Below, in pieces: positions 6,118 through 14,496 of a stretch of DNA of 21,668 nucleotides; within the stretch, counting starts at the first letter, position 1, and the number at the start of each line of letters is the position of its first letter. The stretch is from positions 64,001 to 85,668 of the IMG/VR virus record IMGVR_UViG_3300017978_000250; one strand, 5' to 3'. The notes under the pieces were generated by a model. That model was not told the origin of the DNA and searched no databases. It saw nothing but the letters and a program-made list of their open reading frames with translations. The stretch comes from a virus (taxonomy: Duplodnaviria > Heunggongvirae > Uroviricota > Caudoviricetes). The translations under genes were made by a program, and so were the position numbers.

Positions 6118-8444
6118 AATTTACATGCCTCACAGTCATCATCAAACAGTTCAACGTTATCTACTTTAACAAAAGGAATAACATTGTCTTCTTGGTTCAT
6201 CGCAGCTTTTGCGCCCATCTTATTAATCAATGAGTAATAGATGGTCTTCAAACCCCACTTACTAGCAAGCATTAAGTTCTTACTGATAAGTGTAGCAGGT
6301 ACTTTACCGCCTTCGTAGTTTGCAGGGTTATAGAATGTGTTAGTAGACAATGACTGGTCAATGTAAGCTGCTAACACGGCTGACGTTTTCAAATAGTCAA
6401 CACAATCCTTTTGATCCCACATTAGTTGATAACGGTTCTTCAAGCGTTTGTACTCGGGTACTACCTGTACAAACGATCCAGCCTTCGATTCCTTAACAGA
6501 AATCAATTCCATCGGCATCTCAATACCGTTGGTGGAGTTTAACACAACTGAGCTGGACTCTACTGGAGCAACTGCCATTAGTGTAGCATTACGAATGCCA
6601 TACTTCAATAGATTCTGGCGAAGTGTTTCCCAGTCCATTGATGGCGAGAAGTCTGTTAACTCGTTAACACCCTCTGCTCTACGCTCCCAAGGGAAGATAC
6701 CCTTGCCGTAATATGTTTGTGCTGACTTACCGCAGGCACCTTTTTCTTTTGCTAACTCTACTGAGGCTTCAGTGAGATAGTACGCTTGATGTTCCATCCA
6801 GCGTTTAGCTTCTGCTAGTGCTTCTGGCGTTCCATATTTGAATGAACGCTTTGCATGCCAGTAAGCTAAGTTAGTGACACCTACACCAAGAGGCTCGAAG
6901 TCTAAGTTAGCTAATCGGCTCTGAACACTCAGGAAGTCCTGATAGCTAAGGAGATTACTCAAACTTCTTACTAATACTCTACATGCTTTACGCATCTCTT
7001 GTGGAGTCTTAAATGCTCCCCAGTTCACACTGCCTAATGTACATAGTGCAATACGACCTGCTTCATCCTCAATGCGTTGGAATGGCTTAGTAGGTAATAG
7101 AATCTCTTGACATAGATTACTCTGATAAATCGGATCGAACACAGTGTCGAACGGACCTTGATTCATAACGTTATCAATGTTAACGAGATAGATACGACCT
7201 GTATCTGTACGTTCTTTTAAGATACCGTTCTTAAAGATTTCAACGGCGGGAAGAACTTTCTTCTTGATACCGCGTTTGTGTTCATAGTGCTTGTATAATG
7301 TTTCAAACTCTTCCGTGTTGCGATAGAATGCTTCGTACAAGTCTGGAACTTCGCTAGGGTCAAACAATGTAATGTTCTCGTTGTTGCGATAACGATTCCA
7401 GAACATCTTGTTAACTACAACAGAATAGTCTAATTGACGTACACGAGTTTCGTCAGTGCCTTGATTGTTTTTCAATACAATAAAGTCTTCAAACTGATAG
7501 TGCCATACAGGCAATGTAACTGTGCAACTTGCATTGCGGATACCACCTTGTGAGCATGAGCGCAAGTCGCCGAACCACTTCTTCAAGAATGGGATAAGAC
7601 CTGTATGCTTAATCTCGCCGTTACGAATAGGAGAACCAACTGGACGAATACGACCAATCTCAAAGCCAATGCCAGCACGTTTACTTGCGTACTTAGCCAT
7701 CATTTCGCCTGCAGCAAAGATACTGTCTAGAGTATCATCGGCACTAATAAGCACACAACTACTAAACTGCTTAGTAGGAGTTCCAAGACCAGCCAACACA
7801 GGGGTAGCCAAAGTGAAGTGACCGTCACTAGCTGTTTCATAATATTCCTTTACCCACTTTAAACGGGTTTCTTTTGGTTCAGCATGGAATGCTGTAGCCG
7901 CTGCGACTGCGTAGCGAACTTGCGGAGTTTCATAAATCTGACCAGTAGCACGGTTCTGCACTAAGTACTTTTCTGCCAATTGGGCGATAGCCGCATAGGT
8001 GTAATTTTCGTCCTTGCTATGGTCAAGAAACAAGTCAATGATATTCCATTCATCTTCTGAATACCACTCTAATAGTTCAGGGGTGTATGATTTGTTTGCT
8101 ACGTTTGTCTTTACGATATCGTATAGTTTAGGTGGTTCGTATTCACCGTATACTTCTTTGCGAAGCATTGAAACCTTTTGACGACCCGCAACGTATTGGT
8201 AGTTAACGTTGTTGATATCTGGGTTTTCTGATTCGTCAATTAAGTTGACCATTGCTTTTAATAGTAACTCGTCAATGGTCTTAGTTGACATGCCATCGTG
8301 TAATTCGATTTGGGCTTTAATTTCAATCATGCTAGGGCTAACGTTATCTATCCCCTTGCATCCGTAACTGACCTGTCTTTGTATCTTTGAAATGTCTAGT
8401 GGAACTGATGTTCCATCACGTTTAATTACGTTGATGTTGTTCAT
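6114..8444 (-). CDS. nrdA: Ribonucleotide reductase class Ia alpha subunit with N-terminal ATP cone
   Basis: VIKRDG ATP cone, KQFSSC (C225-like), QSNLCQEI (N437/C439/E441-like), IALCTLG (C462-like), KTIYY (Y730/Y731-like) and C-terminal CEAC. Confidence 0.98.
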   Translation of the reverse strand: MNNINVIKRDGTSVPLDISKIQRQVSYGCKGIDNVSPSMIEIKAQIELHDGMSTKTIDELLLKAMVNLIDESENPDINNVNYQYVAGRQKVSMLRKEVYGEYEPPKLYDIVKTNVANKSYTPELLEWYSEDEWNIIDLFLDHSKDENYTYAAIAQLAEKYLVQNRATGQIYETPQVRYAVAAATAFHAEPKETRLKWVKEYYETASDGHFTLATPVLAGLGTPTKQFSSCVLISADDTLDSIFAAGEMMAKYASKRAGIGFEIGRIRPVGSPIRNGEIKHTGLIPFLKKWFGDLRSCSQGGIRNASCTVTLPVWHYQFEDFIVLKNNQGTDETRVRQLDYSVVVNKMFWNRYRNNENITLFDPSEVPDLYEAFYRNTEEFETLYKHYEHKRGIKKKVLPAVEIFKNGILKERTDTGRIYLVNIDNVMNQGPFDTVFDPIYQSNLCQEILLPTKPFQRIEDEAGRIALCTLGSVNWGAFKTPQEMRKACRVLVRSLSNLLSYQDFLSVQSRLANLDFEPLGVGVTNLAYWHAKRSFKYGTPEALAEAKRWMEHQAYYLTEASVELAKEKGACGKSAQTYYGKGIFPWERRAEGVNELTDFSPSMDWETLRQNLLKYGIRNATLMAVAPVESSSVVLNSTNGIEMPMELISVKESKAGSFVQVVPEYKRLKNRYQLMWDQKDCVDYLKTSAVLAAYIDQSLSTNTFYNPANYEGGKVPATLISKNLMLASKWGLKTIYYSLINKMGAKAAMNQEDNVIPFVKVDNVELFDDDCEACKL

Positions 8445-8453
8445 TTATTTGCC

Positions 8454-8888
8454 TTAAATTTTTGTTTTTATGTTGTCTAATTTGACTTTACGCTTGATGT
8501 TGAAATCGGATAGTTTATTACTTAGTACAGTATCAGGGAAGTAATTAAGTACATATTTTGCGTTGTCAACCAGGACTACAACAATATCGTTGCCCATTCC
8601 GTCTGTCGCTTCAGCCATTTCAACGTTCTCTACGTCAAGTAATAACAAAGTATAACATATTCCTAACGCTCTTGCAACCTCATCGTAGGTGTTTTCTACC
8701 AAAAGCTGCCACGGGTCGGGCCAGTTTTCGGAATCGAGGATATGTAAATGGTGATTGACAAGCGGGGCTTTTTGCCACCACTTGTCTATGTTGATACACT
8801 TTTCTTCAAGAGAGGAGTCTTCTAAATGGACTCTTAAATCGTACCAGTCTGATAATCTGGCTTCATAGTTCAGTTGAAATACGTTCAT
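8454..8888 (-). CDS. Hypothetical protein (144 aa), weak resemblance to a transglutaminase-like (BTLCP/LapG) fold
   Basis: Intact ORF containing WPDPWQLL...DEVARALGICYTLLLL and YVLNY. The fold call is a by-eye, memory-based alignment. Confidence 0.7.
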   Translation of the reverse strand: MNVFQLNYEARLSDWYDLRVHLEDSSLEEKCINIDKWWQKAPLVNHHLHILDSENWPDPWQLLVENTYDEVARALGICYTLLLLDVENVEMAEATDGMGNDIVVVLVDNAKYVLNYFPDTVLSNKLSDFNIKRKVKLDNIKTKI

Positions 8889-8897
8889 ATAGATACG

Positions 8898-8905
8898 TAC
8901 TTATC
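8898..8905 (-). promoter_or_regulatory. Candidate T4-type late promoter variant GATAAGTA
   Basis: Intergenic, 9 nt before ATG 8888; differs from T4 TATAAATA at two positions. Confidence 0.4.
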
Positions 8906-8920
8906 TCAATTCAACCGACC

Positions 8921-9334
8921 TTATAATGTTTTCAGTATCCAAGTCTGTGTATCGTCATCCCAACGATATGGTTGTCCGTCATCAGGAGCAGGGAAAGGAG
9001 GTTCCCAAGAACAAGTTTCTTCTACAAATGTCCATCCCACTGAGTGTTCCATTGCCATTACTTCATCAATCTTTGCCTGCTTTTCTTCAGCAGACATTAG
9101 TTGAAACTCCCAATGGTCATGTACTTTGTCATCGATTAAGATATAAGATGCTTGGTCTGAAACAAGAGTGTGATAAGGAGAGGGAAAATCAGGTCTCTGG
9201 TGTCTCTCAAAATATCTGAAATTGTCTGGTAAATTTTCAGGGTCAATGTCCGGAAAACATTGAACAAAATTTGAATATAGCATAGGATGACCATCAGGTT
9301 CTCCGTTAGTGAATTTAATGATTAGTTTTTCCAT
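8921..9334 (-). CDS. Hypothetical protein (137 aa), possible fibre-associated adaptor or chaperone
   Basis: C-terminal WTFVEETCSWEPPFPAPDDGQPYRWDDDTQTW is Trp/Pro-rich. It sits directly downstream of the Gly-rich cluster, as tail-fibre assembly genes typically do (inference). Confidence 0.7.
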   Translation of the reverse strand: MEKLIIKFTNGEPDGHPMLYSNFVQCFPDIDPENLPDNFRYFERHQRPDFPSPYHTLVSDQASYILIDDKVHDHWEFQLMSAEEKQAKIDEVMAMEHSVGWTFVEETCSWEPPFPAPDDGQPYRWDDDTQTWILKTL

Positions 9335-9337
9335 ATT

Positions 9338-11137
9338 TTATAGATCCTTTGTGTTTGTTGAAGGGTATGCTCTACCAGCACCCCAAATAATTCTGACGCC
9401 GCCTGCCGCGCCTGCGCCATTCCTGTAAGGGGATGTTACGTAGTCACCGCCACCACCTCCGCCGCCTGGGTATCCACCGTCGGCGTATTGAGTACGACCT
9501 GTACCTGAAATACCACCCTGTGCGTTGATAGCTGCTGCTTGGGAACTGTTTCCGCCCATGCCTGTACCATTATAAAAAGAGCCGCCTCCGCCGCCCTGAG
9601 CATTGTTTGTAGTACCTGTACCGGCATGACCAGTGCGACCTTGACCGTATAACCCGGTACCACCACCACCGCCCCCGACATAAGTTGAGCCCCCTGAGCC
9701 GCCACCTCCGCCGCCGCCGCCATTGCCGACACCTACATACCCGGGTTGACTTGTTGTAGTAGTACTACCTTGATATCCACTGCCACCTTGACCAGTGTAC
9801 CCACCTGCGCCTCCGCCTCCTCCACCATATGCTCCGCCGTAGCCGCCTATACCACCTGCGTTTGCACCGCTAGTTCCGTATAGTGTGTTTTCCCACGTTG
9901 CACCGCCGCCTGCACCAACAGCGGCTCCCGTAGAACCAGCAGCACCACCAGTGCCTCCGCCTGCTTGGACCGTAGTAGCATTGATGAAGTAACTTTGACC
10001 ACCTGTGCCACCCAAACTAGTAGAAGCATATGCGCCACGAGTTCCGCCTGCGCCTACAACAACTGTATAACTGTTTCCGGGTACAACAACAATGTCATTG
10101 ACCCAGGCCAATCCGCCACCTCCTCCGCCACGACCATAAGATGAGAATGCGCCACCGCCACCTCCACCACCAACAGCTACTGCGGATACACGAGTGACAC
10201 CCGCAGGGGCAGTCCAAGAATATGTTCCTGGAGTAGTATAGATAGACTGACTAGGCAACATAACTCCCATAGATACATCAATCTGTGCTGACTTTCCGTT
10301 ACTAGCGGTCGCTGTAATATTAAATGAATATGATACTGCACTAGATATCACATCGCTACTCAACACATTTTCAGTAATTGATAAACCCGATGGTAGATTA
10401 GAAGATGAATATGTTATATCGACCCCTGCTGCACTCGTGGCAGATAGCATTGTGTAAACTCTGCTATTAACATTAAGAACAATCGGCAATGTTGTAGTTG
10501 ACCAAGTAACAGTATCAGGGTTAACTATAAAGCTAAAATCTCTTGTAGTAGATTGTCCAGTGGCAGCAGTAGCAGCAATAGTGAAATTATAAGTTGTTTG
10601 TGTAGCAACTGAGCCAAGTGTGCCTGTAAGATATGCACCGGTTGGTCCAGTTGAAATAAATGACAACCCTGACGGCATTGTCCCGGCAGAAACTGAGAAT
10701 GTTACATACGTGTCACTAGATGCTTCCAATAACGTATTTACTCTAGTACCTTCATAGCCAGTACCCAGTGAACCCGAAGCAGTTGTCCAAGTAGGTGTAG
10801 TTGATGCATATACTAATTTTACAGCAGAGACAGGTCCAAGTGTCCCGTCGCCTTGATTCACTGCAAACACATCATACGTGCCAACTGATAGAGCAGGACT
10901 AGTAACTGTTATACTGGTACTAGTTGATGCACTTACTGTAACGCTTGTGCCGTTGATATAAACTGTTGGGTTATCAAAATATAATCCATTGATGATGAAT
11001 GTCTGACTACCTGCAGGGTTGAGACATGATTTTCCGTCAGGGTACGTGAATGAGGTGATAGTTGGACCAACAAGGTGACCAACAAATTTATTGTATTCTC
11101 CTGTAGCAAAATCAGTTGATGTAAACTTTGTACTCAT
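9338..11137 (-). CDS. Fibre/adhesin-like protein: IPT/TIG-like domain, two putative Ig-like (He_PIG-type) domains and C-terminal glycine-rich domain
   Basis: TFIINGLYFDNPTVYING...ITVTSPALSVGTYDVFAVN (TIG-like); SAGTMPSGLS...YNFTIAAT and SNLPSGLS...FNITAT (He_PIG-like); YTTPGTYSWTAP...GGVRIIWG (Gly-rich). Confidence 0.8.
   Translation of the reverse strand: MSTKFTSTDFATGEYNKFVGHLVGPTITSFTYPDGKSCLNPAGSQTFIINGLYFDNPTVYINGTSVTVSASTSTSITVTSPALSVGTYDVFAVNQGDGTLGPVSAVKLVYASTTPTWTTASGSLGTGYEGTRVNTLLEASSDTYVTFSVSAGTMPSGLSFISTGPTGAYLTGTLGSVATQTTYNFTIAATAATGQSTTRDFSFIVNPDTVTWSTTTLPIVLNVNSRVYTMLSATSAAGVDITYSSSNLPSGLSITENVLSSDVISSAVSYSFNITATASNGKSAQIDVSMGVMLPSQSIYTTPGTYSWTAPAGVTRVSAVAVGGGGGGGAFSSYGRGGGGGGLAWVNDIVVVPGNSYTVVVGAGGTRGAYASTSLGGTGGQSYFINATTVQAGGGTGGAAGSTGAAVGAGGGATWENTLYGTSGANAGGIGGYGGAYGGGGGGAGGYTGQGGSGYQGSTTTTSQPGYVGVGNGGGGGGGGSGGSTYVGGGGGGTGLYGQGRTGHAGTGTTNNAQGGGGGSFYNGTGMGGNSSQAAAINAQGGISGTGRTQYADGGYPGGGGGGGDYVTSPYRNGAGAAGGVRIIWGAGRAYPSTNTKDL
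9447..9481. repeat. 35-bp exact direct repeat, copy 1 (copy 2 at 11356-11390)
   Basis: ccgccaccacctccgccgcctgggtatccaccgtc is identical at both positions and encodes DGGYPGGGGGG on the minus strand. Confidence 0.9.
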
Positions 11138-11144
11138 ATTTCAA

Positions 11145-11152
11145 TATTTATA
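11145..11152 (-). promoter_or_regulatory. T4-type late promoter consensus TATAAATA
   Basis: Exact match overlapping the upstream stop codon, 7 nt before ATG 11137. Confidence 0.55.
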
Positions 11153-12275
11153 ATATTCCTGTATTGATAGACGGAAATAGTCGGTTGGTTCCCCAAATGA
11201 TTCTCACTCCACCATGCGCACCTTTGCCTGCGTCCGTGACACCTATGCCACCGGAACCCACTACAACGGTGTAGCTGTTTCCGGGAACTACTGTAATGTT
11301 GTTCTTCCATCCAAGACCGGCACCGCTACCGCCAGCCCATCCTGGATTAATTTTGCCGCCACCACCTCCGCCGCCTGGGTATCCACCGTCACCCATTATA
11401 GTACCAGTAGCAGTCACCCCGTTGCCCCCACCTGAGCCGCCGAAGCCACCTTCACCGTCTGCTGAGCCAGCGGCGCCATCTGCGCCTTGCCCGTATAAAC
11501 CAGTGCCGCCGCCACCTCCGCCGACTTGTGATGCCATGTGTACTTTGCCACCTCCACCTGCGCCGCCTGTACCTGCGGTCATACCGGTTCCATAATAACC
11601 AGAACCGGTCCCACCGTTGCCGGTATAGCCGCCAGCGCCACCACCACCTTCGCTAAAACTGTTAACAGTGTACGGAGTTCCGCCAGTTCCTCCACCGTCA
11701 CCTACATAAGACCCGGGAGTACCGTAACCAGAACTTCTACTACCTTGACCACCGCCACCTTTAACTGTTGTAGCGTTAATGAAATAACTGTCAGCTCCGT
11801 CAGGACCATATCCACCTGACTCAGAACCTGCTCCTCCTCCGCCAACTGCGACAACGTTCACTGAAGTCACACCTGCAGGAGCAACCCAACTATACGTTCC
11901 GGGTGTTGTGTACACTTGTTCGCCGGCGCCAACTGAGGCAGGTATTGTTCCATATATAATACCAGGAGAGTATGGAATCGTGATGCCGTCACTTCTAGTA
12001 ACAGATAATGTTTTTACACCAGTAGTACTCAGCGATGGTGCGGAGAACGTTAATTGAGTGCTTGAAACATATGTAGTGGAAACTGCCGAACCATCAACTG
12101 AAACAACGGAATCATTAGTAAACCCGCGCCCATTCAATGTCGCAGTCGTTGCCATATTGATGGGACACAACGTCCAATTGTATTGGTATACGATTCCTGT
12201 TACGGTGAAGGGAGAGGAACCGTACGTTTGATAAAACTCATTAGCAAAGTCTTTATATGTTATTTTAGTAGACAT
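11148..12275 (-). CDS. Fibre/adhesin-like protein: IPT/TIG-like domain and rearranged glycine-rich domain
   Basis: ATLNGRGFTNDSVVSVDG...YVSSTQLTFSAP (TIG-like); YTTPGTYSWVAPAGVTSVNVVAVGGGG...GGVRIIWG (Gly-rich). Confidence 0.8.
   Translation of the reverse strand: MSTKITYKDFANEFYQTYGSSPFTVTGIVYQYNWTLCPINMATTATLNGRGFTNDSVVSVDGSAVSTTYVSSTQLTFSAPSLSTTGVKTLSVTRSDGITIPYSPGIIYGTIPASVGAGEQVYTTPGTYSWVAPAGVTSVNVVAVGGGGAGSESGGYGPDGADSYFINATTVKGGGGQGSRSSGYGTPGSYVGDGGGTGGTPYTVNSFSEGGGGAGGYTGNGGTGSGYYGTGMTAGTGGAGGGGKVHMASQVGGGGGGTGLYGQGADGAAGSADGEGGFGGSGGGNGVTATGTIMGDGGYPGGGGGGGKINPGWAGGSGAGLGWKNNITVVPGNSYTVVVGSGGIGVTDAGKGAHGGVRIIWGTNRLFPSINTGIL
11356..11390. repeat. 35-bp exact direct repeat, copy 2 (copy 1 at 9447-9481)
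   Basis: Base-by-base identical to 9447-9481. Confidence 0.9.
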
Positions 12276-13984
12276 TACATATCCAATGTGTTAGTCGCAG
12301 GGAAGGTTCTTGATGCACCGGGCCACATTATACGTATAGCACCACCGGCACCTCCGCCGAAACCAGCACCTCCGCCACCTGGCCAACCACCGCCATAACC
12401 AGTAGAATCTTGCCCACCAGTAACAAGCAATCCAGCAGAACCGCCGTTAGGGGAAAATCCACCGTCGCCGCCAGTTGGGGTTACAACGTTGTATGGGGTT
12501 CCGCTTTGACTTATTGCACCATTGAGTCCTACGCCGCCACCGCCGTAGCACTGACCATATCCTCCAGTGCCGCCTGCGCCAGAACCAAATGTAATCGTGG
12601 GAATTGCGGGAACAGGGCATGCTGCATTAGAACTTCTACCACCGCCGCCAGCGCCACCAGCGAAACCGGTTGTCCTAGCAGTTCCGGTTGACGTACCGCC
12701 TGCGCCGCCTGCGTAGCTAGTACTAGCAACAGCTCCTGCACCACCGGCTCCGGTGTATCCACCTGCTCCACCACCACCGCCGCCTACGTTTCCATTCCCG
12801 CCGACACCACTCTTGCCACCGTTAGCAGATATATAGGCGGTTGTGTTAAACCATGTATTGCCACCTTGTGCAAAAGAATCGCCACCAGCGCCCACGTTTA
12901 ACGTGTAGCTAGTTCCTACGGTAACCGCAAGGTTATTTGTATAAGTTAAGGCGCCTCCACCTCCGCCTCCACCCCAGCCATCTGAGCCGCCGCCGCCACC
13001 CACTAAAACAAGTGATATAGATGTAACGCCTGTAGGGCATACCCACGTGTAAGTGCCGGGCGTGTCATACACAATTTGTCCGTTTGCTTTGTTTACCACT
13101 ATAGTAATAGTAATCGTTTGCTGGACTCCGGTGTTAGCGACTGTTGCGACTAAAGTAACGGAATACGTTCCGTTAACCCCCGGTACACCAGCAATACTTC
13201 CAATCGAGAAACCAGCGTTTGACGATGGTGTGTACTTGAGTCCTGCGGGTAAATTTGACACAGATACGGATACAGTATTACCTGATTTACTTTTAACTGC
13301 TACGTTAATTTGAGTTATTGCGCCCACGGCAGTATATGTTAATGTCTGACCTTGTACAGGACTAGACCAATATATAACATCTGTACTAACTGTCATTGCA
13401 AAACTTCTAGAAGCTGATTGCCCCTCTGCATCAGTGGCAGTTACAGTAAAACTATACACAGTATCAGATGACACCGACGGAGCTGTTCCTGCAAATGTGC
13501 CTGCTGAATTCAACGTAACCCCTTCAGGCAAAGCACCTGAAGTAACTGTATACGCTATAGTTGAATCGCTAGTTGCAGAGAGAGTGAAGCTAGGAGTTGC
13601 ACCACTATACACGATTCCCAACGACCCACTTACTGTATTCCAATAAGGACCAGGTGCGTATAGAACACCTGTTACATATTTTGCGACTCCGCCATTACTA
13701 TTAATAATAGTCAACAATTGAGTACCTGCTAAATTTTTAGGAACAGTAATAGTTAATTCAGTTTCACTTACAACAACGACTGTTGGAGCAAGAGTTGACC
13801 CAACGTATGCTTGTGCGCCTAATAAAAAATTAGTACCAGTGACCGTGATAATGTCACCGCCTACAGTAGAAACTACAGATCCACTAGTATTATAAGTTAT
13901 ACCAGTAACAGTGGGATTCGCTAAGTTAGTTATATCTGTTCTTACAGTAGAGTCTAAATTTTCATAATTAAGTTGTGTACTCAT
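12275..13984 (-). CDS. Fibre/adhesin-like protein: IPT/TIG-like domain, two putative Ig-like domains and glycine-rich domain
   Basis: GGDIITVTGTNFLLGAQAYVG...SETELTITVP (TIG); SGALPEGVTLNSAGTFAG...YSFTVTATD and SNLPAGLKY (He_PIG-like); YDTPGTYTW...AIRIMW. TAATG overlaps at both ends. Confidence 0.82.
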   Translation of the reverse strand: MSTQLNYENLDSTVRTDITNLANPTVTGITYNTSGSVVSTVGGDIITVTGTNFLLGAQAYVGSTLAPTVVVVSETELTITVPKNLAGTQLLTIINSNGGVAKYVTGVLYAPGPYWNTVSGSLGIVYSGATPSFTLSATSDSTIAYTVTSGALPEGVTLNSAGTFAGTAPSVSSDTVYSFTVTATDAEGQSASRSFAMTVSTDVIYWSSPVQGQTLTYTAVGAITQINVAVKSKSGNTVSVSVSNLPAGLKYTPSSNAGFSIGSIAGVPGVNGTYSVTLVATVANTGVQQTITITIVVNKANGQIVYDTPGTYTWVCPTGVTSISLVLVGGGGGSDGWGGGGGGGALTYTNNLAVTVGTSYTLNVGAGGDSFAQGGNTWFNTTAYISANGGKSGVGGNGNVGGGGGGAGGYTGAGGAGAVASTSYAGGAGGTSTGTARTTGFAGGAGGGGRSSNAACPVPAIPTITFGSGAGGTGGYGQCYGGGGVGLNGAISQSGTPYNVVTPTGGDGGFSPNGGSAGLLVTGGQDSTGYGGGWPGGGGAGFGGGAGGAIRIMWPGASRTFPATNTLDM

Positions 13985-14478
13985 TATCTAGGTAGTTCTC
14001 TAATATGAATTTTTGTCCCTGAAGCAGGGATCCCATCTAAAGTTAAAGTCGTAGTTGTAATAGTGTAGTCGTCTGTAGGTGCTTGACAGATACCATTCAC
14101 GAACACTAGCACGTTATCAACTCCGCAGCCTGACGTTACAGTGTATGTATTACCTGTGCCATTCGCTGTATATTTTCTCGTGATGTAGGTGCCACCACCA
14201 CCACCGCCGCCTGAGACTGATGCCCATGTTAAGTTGCCAGTTCCATCTGTTTGAAGATACTGTCCTGAAGTGCCACCTGATACGTGAAGGTTTGCTACAT
14301 CAAACGTCATAACGCCGGTGTAAGTTGGCAAGTATGAAGCAACATTACTATCTGCATAACTTGCAGGTAAGCCTGTTAGTTGACTACCATTGCCCACAAA
14401 GTAATTAGCAGTGACATTACCGAATGTAAAGTTTGCAGTGTTATTCGCTAATTGCGGTTCTAATTTTAGTATTGCCAT
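13984..14478 (-). CDS. Small fibre-module protein (164 aa)
   Basis: NYFVGNGSQLT and GQYLQTDGTGNLTW motifs; C-terminal YTANG...VLVFVNGICQAPTDDYTI domain also seen in 16693-18072. SD AAGGA upstream. Confidence 0.75.
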   Translation of the reverse strand: MAILKLEPQLANNTANFTFGNVTANYFVGNGSQLTGLPASYADSNVASYLPTYTGVMTFDVANLHVSGGTSGQYLQTDGTGNLTWASVSGGGGGGGTYITRKYTANGTGNTYTVTSGCGVDNVLVFVNGICQAPTDDYTITTTTLTLDGIPASGTKIHIRELPR

Positions 14479-14496
14479 TTTAATCCTTAACTGTGT

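Noticed and set aside
1050-7821. Plus-strand ORFs (1050-1538, 1623-1892, 1998-2576, 3213-3437, 4917-5231, 5041-5280, 5382-5726, 5692-5892, 6448-6711, 7522-7821)
   Set aside because: All lie antisense to well-supported minus-strand genes and have no recognisable motifs.
4830-8444. Introns or inteins in nrdA and nrdB, which are common in T4-like phages
   Set aside because: Both genes are continuous, of normal length (776 and 366 aa), with all catalytic motifs in order.
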